64,000 nt of DNA, from contig JAHRHZ010000166.1 in NCBI GenBank assembly GCA_024137785.1, forward strand, positions 885,367 to 949,366. Direction: 5' to 3'. The notes under the pieces are model-generated. The model made no database searches, was not told where the DNA came from, and was given only the letters and a program-made list of their open reading frames with translations. Shown in pieces: positions 11,396 through 21,529 of this stretch. The position numbers and the translations under genes were made by a program. Source of the DNA: Ginglymostoma cirratum (Eukaryota). Every line of letters starts with the position of its first letter. Within the stretch, counting starts at the first letter, position 1.

Positions 11396-14300
11396 CACGT
11401 GCGTATGTGTCAGGGAGAGGGACGACTAACTTACGCAAATGCAATAAGATTTGAGAATACATTTCTTTGCCATGTAGAGCAGACAATGACGTTCTAATAT
11501 TTTCCATGTGCTGGTGGTTCCTTGTTATATGAATCCTAATTTTATCCCTTTACTAGGATTTATCCTCAGTTGCCTGTATCTATTTGTGTCAAATCCAAAT
11601 TCCCCTTTGTTTCCTAGAGTGGTAAATCTCAACATTTTTTGCAAATGCAGCAATATGCAGTTATCCCAATTCTATACGTTCAATCTCACATTTAACTTAT
11701 CTCGTATAATCCCTCACATATTTTTTCAGAACACAACCTATTGTTTGCATACACTGACTTGTATGACCAGACATCATTGATTGCTGGAATTTCGAACAAA
11801 TATTGTCTACTTTAAACTTTACCTACACAATTGTTTGAAATGTCAATAAGAGAAAGTTTAAAGGAGATGTGCAAGATGTTCAAAGTGATTTTATTTTTGC
11901 ACAGACAGTGGTAAATGGATGGAATGACCTGCCAGCAGAGACAGACAATATCAACGCTTAAGACAAAATTAGACAGGCACATATGGGATACGAATAATAT
12001 ACAGCAGATGGGATTAGGTTGGAATGATATCATGTGGGCACATATTGTGTGCTGTACTGTTCTAAGTTCACGACATTGAAGATGGCTTCAGTTTCACAAA
12101 TTAGTGTTCGTTCTCCTTAACAAGCTGCACCTTCTCAGTTATAATTCTCAAAACTTCCAGGATATTACAGATCTGTAAGCCTCACATCCGTGGTAGGCAA
12201 GTTATTGGTAAAGATTTACATGGAGAAGATCTATACACATTTAGAAACAAATCAATGTATTAACGATAGCCAGCATGTTTTTGAGTGAGGGAGGTTGTGC
12301 CTTGCTATATTGAGTTTTTTGTGGAGGTGACAAGGATGTTTGTTAAGGGAAAAGCTGCTGATGCTGTTTACATTGACTTCAGTAAAGCCTTTGACAAGGC
12401 CCGTCATGGAAGAATGGTACAAAAGGTGAAGTCACAGAGTATCAGGGGAAGCTGGCAAGATGGATACAGAACTGGATTAGTCAGAATGGACAGAGTGTAG
12501 TAGTGGAGGGATGCTTTTCTGAATGGTGAGCTGTGACTAATGGTGTTTTACAGGGATCAGTGCAGGGACCTCTGCAGTTGTTGGTCTTCATAAATGATTT
12601 AGAAGAAAACGTAGCTGGTCTAATTAGTAAGTTTTTGGGAGATACAAAAGGTTGTGGAGTTGCAGATAGTGATGAGGATTGTCAAAGGATACAACAGAAT
12701 ATAGATGATTTGGAGACATGGGCAGAAAATGGCAGATAGAGTTTAATTCTGACAAGTGCGAGGTGATGAATTCAAGTACAGGTGAAAATTATGCTGTGAA
12801 TGGTAGAACCCTTACCAACATTGATATGTAGAGGAATCTGGGTGTATATGTTCGCAGATCTGACTTGATTTTGACTTGATAGAAGTGTACAAAATGATCA
12901 GAGGTATAGATAGAGTAGACAGCCAGAGACTTTTTCCTAGGATGGAGGTAGCTTTTACGAAGGGACATAGTTTAAAAATGAAAGGCGGTAGATATCAGGG
13001 AGACGTCAAAGGTAGGTTCTTTACTTAGAGAGTTGTAGGAGCATGGAATGCATTGCCGGAGAGGGTAGTGGAATCGGCCTCATTAGGGGCATTTAAGCGG
13101 CTATAAGATAGGCATATGGATGATAGTGTAAGGTAGCGGTGGAGGTTAGAATGACCATAGGTTTCGGGTAAAAGTTCGGCACAACATTGTGGGCCGAAGG
13201 GCCTGTACTGTGCTGTACTGTTCTATGTTCTATGATCACAGATGGCAGAACAGATAGACAAGATCGTAAAAATGCTTATGGCATGATTGCCTTTATTGGA
13301 CGGATAATTAAGGCAAAAGATAGACAAGTAATGCTGCATCTTTATAGAACTTTAGTTTGGCCACACTTGGAATATTGATTACAGTTCTGGTCACCACACT
13401 ACCAGAAGGAAGCTTGGGGAGGGCGGCTGTGGGGAGGCTTACATAAACGACTTACCAGTACGTTGCCTGGAATAAGGTATGTTACCCATGAATTAAGGTT
13501 GTATAGACTGTGTTTGTTTTCAGTGGAATGCGGGAGGATGAAGGGCGACCTGATAGAAATTTATAAGATTACTAGAGGACACGGCTTCAAGGTTCGTGGC
13601 GGGGTGGTGCGGTGTTGAAGTTTAAAATTCGTGTGCCAGGCAGGTTTTTTACACAAAGGACAGTCAGTGTATGGAACGAGCTGCCATACACAATAGTAGC
13701 TTGACAAAAAAAAAATTATCTGGACGAATACTTGAATGGGCGGAGAAATTAGGATCTTGTAATTGAAGACGGTTTTAGTGTGGACAGGCAATATGTGTCA
13801 GAGTAGGCTTTGAGGGACGCAGGACCTATTTTGGTGCTGTGTTGTTCTTTATTCTGGTTTAGAATTAATAAGCATTTTCCAGCATTCACTACAAGCTTAC
13901 TGGGATATGGCCACTTAACATTTTTTTTCCCCTCATTTCTCATTTCATTTTTGTTTAGGCATATGAAGGAGCTGGCATTAAGCCTTGAACTACCTCATCC
14001 AAGTGAATAGAAATAAAGAGATAACAAGGTGCAGAGCTGGATGAACACAACAGGCACATCAGCATCAAAGGAGCAGGAAAGCTGACGTTTCGGACCTAGG
14101 CCCTTCTTCAGAAATTTTCTGAAGAAGGGTCTAGGCCTGAAACGTCAGTGTTCCTACTGCTATGATGCTGCTTGTCCTGCTGTGTTCATCTAGCTCTGCA
14201 CCTTGTTATCTCAGAGTTTCCAGCATCTGCAGTTCTTACTATCTCTGAATAGAAATAAAGTTGATTTGCCTGTATATATTAACATATGACTGCAAGAAGT

Positions 14301-16573
14301 CACTCGCATTGAAGTGGACATTAAGGTCAAATAATGTCAAAGAAAATAATTCATAATATGAAGGACAGCATTTCGAATAAAGGAAGTGGAGTCTCCCAAA
14401 TTAACATTGATGTCATGAAACTTGGAATACCATGGATGTCTCTGTACTTGGTTTAGCAAAAGATGGATATGTCCTGCGGAAAGTAAGATAACAAGTTTTG
14501 AGGATGCCCCTGGAATATAATGGTGCGTCACTCAGAAAAGATTGTGAAAACATAAACTTCTTGCTTTTGAAAGGAAAAGTGTTGGTCTGGCAGATACTTT
14601 AAGGCTTTAATCAAACAGATCAAATCAAACATAAGAATTTTACAATACTGAGGCAAACGAATCTAATAGCTACAATGATAATAGTTTTGCCAATACATTC
14701 ATTTGAAATTTGCGGTGAACTTTTGTGTTCCGTTAAGCTATGCATATTGAAACCACTATCAAAAAGACGATCTGGGATGTGCTGTATTTAGACGCTTTAT
14801 GGTTGAACGAATGCTAGTGTAATAATTCCTTAACAAAACTCAGGGGAAAGGGATGTGAAGATATACATATTGATTACGTTTATTAAGTTTGAGAGGGATC
14901 TGGGAAAATCTGAATTTACTTACTGAACTAAATAATCCTTTAATGAGTTACAAATTCCTTGAAACACAAATAGTATTGAAACGCAGTAAGACAAAAGTCA
15001 CAAAATGAAAATTGCATGTCCCAATCCTATTCAACAAAATGTAAAAGCGCAAAAGGTAGGGCCAATGATGTAGAAAATACAACATCAGAACCATGAGCAG
15101 CATGAAAGTTATAAACTGTAAGATAATTAAACGTGAACACAAACAAGGAAACTTTTGGAATATCACATTTATATTGCTAATAATACACATTGGCATTATG
15201 ACAAGAAATAAAGTGACATTCAATAGATACCTTTCTTTTGTGAAACAATTTCACTGGTAAGAATTTCTTTTGAGTTGGTTCGAGCTGAGCAACTATGTAC
15301 AACACCATGCTTCCAAACTTCTCCTGGGGCTCTTATATGGCTCATGATGCTGTATGCCCCAGTGGCGTCCATTGTCCATGTAAGCATCCAAACCTCAGCA
15401 TTCCATGTGGAAGTATTCCAACTGATATTAAGCGTTTTGGATATGACATTTTTAACTAAGCAAATCAAAGGGACAACTTCCATCTGAAAAATGTCCTTCC
15501 TTGGTGGGGATAACATCAGTATGTTTGATGGACCTGATGAGATTGGGAGGAATGTTAAAATTAATATTCGACTATTATTCGTTGGTCTATGCTAGACTAT
15601 CAGAATGGGTTTTATTTCTTACCCGCTATGAGCAATTTAGAGCCATTTCCAAAAATGAAGGGCGTTCCATAAGATTTTCTAGCTGCACAGTAATACAGAC
15701 CCGAGTCATTCCTTTGAGCATTCTCAATCACAAGGGAATAAATAGATGCTTCGGTATTAATTTCTCCTGAATATCTTTGTTGTTTGGGGAAGCCATTTCT
15801 CACAATATAAACGAACTGTAGATGTTCTCGCAGATGCTGTTTGTACCAGAGAACCGCTCCGCTCGCAAACCAACCTGTGTGGCAATGCAGTTTAATGGTA
15901 CTTCCAACAGAATCTCTCTGGATTGGTGGAGTCTGCGGGAAGACTGTCTGAGAGACAATAACTGAGAAAAAAGAAACACATATCACATGAACTCTGAAAA
16001 GACACAGAAAATAAAAACAATAACTAAAGTAGCATCCAGCTGTAAACTGAGGGAAGCACCGTTAAAGATTACTGGTCATACTGTGAGATTCTTCAACATG
16101 GTGAGAGACAGAAAAGGAGAAAGAAAGAGGAAAGAAAGAGAGAAAGGAAGGAAGGAAGATAAATGAAAATAAATTTAAAAAGGAAGGAAAAATAAGTTAA
16201 ATGAAGAATGACCGTTTACATTTAATCTCAGAAATACAGCATACAAACCCGCTCAAAGGATTAGACCACAAAAGACCCTGACATAAAATTGAGATAAGCA
16301 GTTTTCGTTTCATCGGGGTGGCAATTATGAACAAAGATCTGTACAGTTGCTAATAACACTACAGACCATGTTTTCCCATTATTGCTCAGCATCAGTAGAA
16401 ATTCGTTCCATTTTGATTGTCCTTGATAATTTAGTTCTTCAATACGATGCTGATATTGTAAAATGTTAAACATCAATATTCTCTTCACCCGATTTGCCAG
16501 CAATATACGATGGGAGAAAGAAAATCGAACCTGGAAAAAGATGGGCCACCGCACATAGAGTGAAGATATTCAT
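5739..16573 (-). CDS. Non-rearranging antigen-receptor-like IgSF gene, copy 1 (L - VJ - C1 - TM - CYT1 - CYT2 with ITIM/ITSM-like motif); PRARP/VJC1-like; ~295 aa
   Basis: Hand-spliced exons 16573-16531, 15961-15623, 15533-15231, 11196-11083, 10943-10900, 5783-5739 (43+339+303+114+44+45=888 nt). All introns are GT-AG, phases are 1,1,1,1,0, and there is no internal stop. Product: MNIFTLCAVAHLFPVIVSQTVFPQ...LHC...VLWYKQ...DSGLYYCAARKSYGTPFIFGNGSKLLIAG-PSNILMLSPP...LICLVK...ISW...YSIMSHI...WKHGVVHSC...QKKE-ALHPVCLFKIYGSLLVIIFLLLVLTIRTGWGFRNRHSG-NWKTDVRPRGQTQE-TVYAHLTFIEDPTS*. Every exon except the leader has a homologue in copy 2. Confidence 0.85.
5990..7110 (-). mobile_element. Old CR1 LINE fragment
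   Basis: ORF 6680-6868 (DSEEESVRLQEDV...WQLEFNPDKC). Similar sequence occurs at about 48860-49800 in the duplicated segment. Confidence 0.75.
7125..7425 (-). mobile_element. HE1-like SINE
   Basis: Reverse complement of the SINE at 22390 (ggaaacccacgcagac, ccaatccac, gctaacca). Confidence 0.75.
7430..9700 (+). mobile_element. Old fragmented LINE 3' region with younger insertions
   Basis: RT-like ILGPTDFNFFINDF...VRIFDD; 3' end gccagcgatgcccacatc. The same element sits at the equivalent position in copy 2 (about 53640-54910). Confidence 0.6.
10020..10697 (+). mobile_element. Rex/Babar-like LINE 3' fragment inserted into a SINE-like repeat (~9830-10830)
   Basis: VEVIDSFKFLEINLTRNLFWS...RRLRKFSMS...TIESILS; ends in aataaatcaaattaaatc. 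Confidence 0.6.
10900..10943 (-). CDS. Cytoplasmic exon 1, copy 1
   Basis: ctttgtatcAG acceptor and GAG|GTAAGT donor; 44 nt; (G)NWKTDVRPRGQTQE. Same-length homologue at 55054-55097. Confidence 0.85.
11083..11196 (-). CDS. Stalk-Cys plus transmembrane exon, copy 1
   Basis: tttttcttcAG acceptor and CAG|GTATGG donor; 114 nt. Encodes (E)ALHPVCLFKIYGSLLVIIFLLLVLTIRTGWGFRNRHS; homologue at 55238-55350. Confidence 0.88.
11365..11395. repeat. (GT)n microsatellite
   Basis: Read directly from the sequence. Confidence 0.95.
11830..13850 (+). mobile_element. CR1 LINE fragments (nested 3' ends)
   Basis: ORFs 12285-12500 (YIDFSKAFDK), 12533-12739 (VLQGSVQGP...INDL) and 13187-13378 (LYRTLVWPHLEY). Confidence 0.85.
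14019..14245. mobile_element. Palindromic Penelope-terminal-repeat-derived mini element with 15-bp TSD
   Basis: Inverted arms of about 95 bp centred near 14115. Direct repeat TGAATAGAAATAAAG at 14004-14018 and 14246-14260. The arms match the 3' end of the PLE at 58555-58685. Related copies at about 1480, 8140, 39060, 43655 and 59560. Confidence 0.85.
15231..15533 (-). CDS. C1-type Ig constant domain exon, copy 1
   Basis: atctcatcAG acceptor and AG|GTATCT donor; 303 nt; phase 1/1. Motifs LICLV, ISW, TGAYSIMSHI and WKHGVVHSC resemble TCR/Ig C1 domains (ORF 15220-15516). It sits only 89 nt from the V exon. Confidence 0.9.
15623..15961 (-). CDS. Germline-joined V-J domain exon, copy 1
   Basis: ttttctcAG acceptor and G|GTAAGA donor; 339 nt. 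Contains V-set Cys (LHC), Trp (WYKQ), DSGLYYC and J-type FGNGSKL in a single exon (ORF 15612-15986). Confidence 0.95.
16531..16573 (-). CDS. Candidate leader (signal peptide) exon of copy 1: MNIFTLCAVAHLFP(V)
   Basis: ATG plus 14 codons plus 1 nt, then CAG|GTTCGA. Phase 1 matches the V exon and gives an Ig/TCR-style split leader ending IVS-Q. The donor is weak and I found no homologue in copy 2. Confidence 0.5.
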
Positions 16574-18689
16574 TTTCAGTTGTTGAGGTTGTTACTGTCA
16601 GCTTCACAATAACCATTTGCTTTTGTGAATTTCATTCAGGAAATACTAACTTTTGAAATTATTTGCCACTTTTCAAAATAGCTGTATGGAAATTGCAATA
16701 CATTGCAAATGATCACTTTTGGTTTCCTGTTTACGCGTTATGTACACACACAGATATACCTGCAAAGGTCAAGAGAGAGAAAAAAGTCACGATATGTTTC
16801 GAAGGCGGTTTGCGGTCCAACATAAGAGTGAAAATGTTGCATCATGCTGCTTCTAAAATTTTAAGTACTTTATTTCGTTTTATGAGCGAGCGTAGTTTGA
16901 TTTTGAGGTTTGCTTGCTCTAGAATATACAGCCACCAATTGCAGCAGCAAAATTGTACAAAAAAAGTTAAAGGTTTCGCAACGGCTTTCTATGAAATACT
17001 CTAACTTGCATCTACCATGCCTGTTTTGGCGTCGCCTCATAGCATATCAAATCATACTTAGTGGGTGGATGTCTGGCTTTTGATGCAGAACTTCAAAGGT
17101 TCATACACCTTTTCAGACACTCAAAATTCCTGAAAAAATTGTCAGTGTCAGTACTGCATGGACAACGTGCATTTCAGGTTACATTTTTTCGGATGAGGCA
17201 TTACAAGGAGACATCATCTCATACTTTCAGGTTATTACAAAATGCTACAAAACATTACATTCTCCAAGTGCACGTGAATTCTCCCAAGTGTTTGTACAAA
17301 AGTATTCCATTTCACATTGTTATCATTAAACTCTTGATTATTCACGAATTACTGTTTTATCCAAATTGCGTGCAAAAATGTGCTTGTCAATTTATCGGAT
17401 TCAGAGGGTAATGCCATTTCAGTGCCATCATTGGCTGCATGACGCTTTGTCTTGGCCATGATACAGAAATCAAAATTTTAATTAACTACTCTCCATGTTT
17501 TCCACTGGCCTGTAATTAAGCATTGACTCCAATGCTTCCCCAGGTGATTATCATTTCACATGCAACTATTCTCGCTGCACATCTCTCCTTAGTTATATGC
17601 TGGGGCTCATGGATCCTGGATTTTCTCAACTCTGCTTAGCTATGTGTCCAGAAAATAGTCACATATCCTTTTACTGAGTGTTTTGCAACGGTTTCCTGCC
17701 ATTTAAGTAGAATTAATAAAACTAGCTGCTCTGAATAAGAAAAGTTATACTTCAATATATATTTATTTATATTTTGGTACAGATCATTGAAGTAGTTCAA
17801 TTGATTTATGGCACATTTCCATACATGAGCGGGACTGTTCAAATTTGCACGTAATTACAATGTTCCAAAGTTTAAAAGGGAAGAATGACATTGTCTCTAA
17901 TAATGCTTAAATTCACTGATTAATAGATGCCTCTTACATTCTAAAAGAAAGCACAAACATATGTGAGCATGCAAGTTCGTATGAGGAACTACTTGAGTTT
18001 TTTTTTAAATTGCTTTTATATGGTGTGGGACATCACTCGTGAGTATGGTGCTAAACCAGTGAAGATGCCACCTACAGTTCATGAAGAGGTCAGACTAATA
18101 TTCTGGGAACAAACTATACAAAGAGCTTTGTGGCTGATGTAATGAAAAAATATCACGAATCACTGACATAGCATGCTGGAAATCAACAACACCTCCAATC
18201 CCCCACGTCTATTCCCGTCGTGATCACAGCAGTAAATGTTTCAAAAAGATATGTGCAAAGTCCCAAATTGCCTGATTTTCAGAGCCATGTTCTTAGAATG
18301 TACACAATGTTTCTCCATTTAAATGAGTAACAATTTATTACAATTGATTCAAATCTAGCAAATAATAAACAGTAAATTAAATAAACTGCACAATTCAAAA
18401 GTCAAAACACCTTCTAACAACACTCCATCTCGCTTCTTACCCAGACGTAGGGAAACTGAAGAATAAAAAACTCATGGCATGGCCAAAGAGAAAACAGAAG
18501 GAAAACTATACTTTCTGACTGTGTCTGCTGCAAGATTGGTTCTTGCTCATAGAATAGTTTCTCCTCTAACTTCATTTTTCTATATAGTTCTCCAGTTTGG
18601 AAGTGGCGCAGGGTACTTGTGTCACTTATTGAACGTCTCTGACATTTTTAATTCAAAGTCAAAATTGCTTTTAAACAAACAAACAAAAA

Positions 18690-20320
18690 AAAGCAGTTGC
18701 TGGAATCCAAGGGAGACAACAGTGAACGGGAGGAACACAGCAAGCCAGACAGCATCTGGAGGAAAGGAGAAGTCAATGTTTCGGTTATTACTTTTCTTCA
18801 GGACAGATGTGGGGTTAGGGGGACCTGTAGAGAAAGACAGAGTAGAGTGGGTAAAGGCAATGGTATGGTGGTGATAGTTGGATACCAGTAGTAGGTACAA
18901 CCTGATATGTCAATAGGAGGGATGAATCCGTTTGGTAGCTGGAAGGCAAGGTGAGTAAGTGGAAAGAAAGGGAGGAGGTGGGGGTGGGAAGGGAGCCGGG
19001 AGATGTGTGGGAAGGCTTTTTGAAATTAGAGAACTCAGTTTTAATTCCTTCAGGTTGTGGAGTCCCCAGACGCTTGATAAGGTGTTGTTCCTCTGATTAG
19101 TGACCTGATTCACTGAGACACCAGAGAAGTCTGAGGATAGATATGTTGGAGAGGGAGTGGGGGAACTACTCTATGGTTGGTCTCAGTGATGTAGAGTAGA
19201 CCACATCGGGAACACCGGATGCAGGTTGGAAAACATGCAGCTGAAACTTTGTCTCAACTGAAAGGCATGTTTAGGACCCTAGATGGAGGCGAGGGAGGTG
19301 TTGTGCCGGCTGCACTTACAGGGGAATGTACCAGGGTACTTGGAGTGGTTGGTGGGGAATGTGGCGCAAACTAAGGTGTGTTTTTGACGAAAGCAGAAAA
19401 TGGTGGGGAGTGGAAAATGTTCTGTGTGGTGGGATCTAATTTGAGTTGAGGGAAGTGTTTGAGGATGTTAAGCTGGATGTGATGGTAGTTGGGGTGGAAA
19501 GTGAGGACCAGGAGGACCCTATCTATATTGTGTTTGGAGGGTGGGGTTAGAGCTGTGGAACGGGGAGTGGAGTAAGTAGGCTGGAGAGCTGTCTGGATGA
19601 CAGAGGGGGAGAAAAATGTTGGTTTTAATAGGAGGACATCCAGGATGCTTGGCAGTCAAACATTTCTTCATTTGAGCAGATGCAATGGAAACGGTGGAGT
19701 TGGGACAACGGGATGGAGATTTTGCAGGATACAGGTAGGAGGAGGTGTATTCCAGGTAGGTATTGGAGTCTATAGGTTTATAGTAAATGATGGTCCACGA
19801 GCTATAGACGGAACTGGAACCAGAAAGGTCAAGAAAGGGGAGGAAGGTGTCTTAAATAGACCAAGTGAATTTGAGGGCAGGTTTGAAGTTGTTAGTGGAG
19901 TCAGTAAACGGCTCCAATTCAGTCTGGGTGGAGGATGTGACACCAATGTAGTCATTGATGTAACGGTGGAAGATTTTGGAACAGTGTACGTACTGAAGAG
20001 GGACTGCTTGACATAACTGAGGAAGAGGCAGGTGAGCACAGATCCTTGCTAGTGTCCCTGGACACCCAATGGACTTGTATAAAGTGAAAATAATTGAAGG
20101 AAAGTTATTGAGGGTGAGGAATAATTCAGCGAGGTGGAGGTGTGTTTTGGTTGTGGGTGGTCTGGGTGAATCTGTTGGAGACGGAAAACTGAGGGACCAT
20201 AAGCTGTCCTTGTGGGGCATGGAAGCATATACTGATTACATGTCCAAAGTAAAACTGAAGCAATGGGGACCAGGGAACTGGAAGTGTCTGAAGAGGTGGA
20301 GGGCATGGTTTGTGTCTCGG
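18690..20320 (-). mobile_element. Degenerate Penelope-like element
   Basis: ORF 19852-20220 (HLAELFLTLNNF...RYINDYIG...LKFTWSI) is PLE RT; pyrimidine-rich 3' region similar to 58250-58560. Confidence 0.75.
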
Positions 20321-20981
20321 GATGGTTTGTATTCTGTTTTAAAGTTAATCAATGTAGAGACAAAGTTTTTGGCTAAATGCAGGTCTACTTCTATGTCTTC
20401 GGGTCTGGTTTGCTAATCTCTCTTGGGCTGACAGCCCAAGGTGTTCAACTGAATGACAATCAATCACTTTGTTGTTGGCATGATGAGGACCTTTGTCATT
20501 TATCGCTGGTCTTCAGTTCACAAACAATTCAGGTACACTTGTAAACAGTCCTTCAGGTCCAATCCACCTATACATGCATTGATCTGATATGGATGCAAAC
20601 AGTTCAGAAATTGTAGCATATTCCTTACTTTTAAGGAATGCGACCACCCTTACGAAACCATGTGTTTCAAAGTGACTTCAGTCTACAATCTCAAAATGCA
20701 AAAACAGTCAAAGACTTTGAAGATTACTATAATATTTATACGAAATTGCTAATTAATTTAAAAACACAACAAATCGTTTGTAGAGGTATATGTGAATAAG
20801 ACATATGGTTTCTTCAAAGAAGTAGAGAAACAAAAGAAAAAAGAACAAGCATGTCCATATTTGCAGTAACGGTAAGATCTGTAGGATTCCAAAAGCTCTT
20901 CATCCTTAATGCTAAAAGTCCACTTCCCCTCTATGTCTAGGATTGAAGAATGCAGATATTAATGCACTGTTTTACACTTAC

Positions 20982-21425
20982 CTCGTGTTTTCCTGCCAAT
21001 TACACTTTTAATTTTATTTTCCCTTTTTGGATTGAAAGTAGAAAATTGAATTGCTACGAAATAAGTTTTTAGGTGCCTTGTACCACTTTCACCTTGTAAC
21101 ACTCCTATCTGCAAAGCTTTTCTATTTATCAGCTTTTCCAGACAATTTAATGCAACATTTATCTATTTGTCAGGTAAACTATGCCAATGAACGTGGCTGG
21201 TGAGTTACACTTTAAAGCAGATTATAATCTGCTGTCAAGATTTGTGCCCAGACTCACAAATAGTTTGTAGGTTATTTAGGTTTTCCCAAGTGGCATATCT
21301 CTGCTGATGTTCGCAAGCACAAAGTGAAGTCATATTTAATTTTGCTGTAATTCATATAATCCAAATAATAATCAACCAGACCAATTTACACGCATTTTAA
21401 ATGAGAGAGCATGTCTGAATATATT
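20982..21425 (-). pseudogene. Possible decayed TM plus cytoplasmic exon remnant of a third paralogue
   Basis: ctttccttatAG followed by (E)YIQTCSLI*NACKLVWLIIIWII*ITAKL. A 41-nt phase 1->0 block at 21022-20982, (G)KIKLKV*LAGKHE|GTAAGT, resembles CYT1. No V or C exon was found. Confidence 0.35.
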
Positions 21426-21529
21426 CTATAAGGAAAGACCGGTGAAAACAAACAAAAAAAGACAGTATGGTCTTTGTTTCACGTATTATATATATAATAG
21501 AAGTGGTATACTGACAACACTACCTGGAA

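Noticed and set aside
14948-15223. Hydrophobic ORF directly after the C exon as a TM segment
   Set aside because: It is in a different frame after a good splice donor, in AT-rich intron sequence; a conserved TM exon exists at 11196-11083.
15686-15692. RSS-like heptamer CACAGTA / TACTGTG in the V exon; CACAGTG elsewhere
   Set aside because: It simply encodes Y-C-A, as in most V domains, and I saw no correctly spaced nonamer. The other heptamers I noticed lie mostly in SINEs and other TEs.
20814-20903. Leader-like MKSFWNPTDLTVTANMDMLVLFSFVSLLL on the minus strand
   Set aside because: It ends in TGA with no GT donor; a closer, phase-compatible leader candidate exists at 16573-16531.
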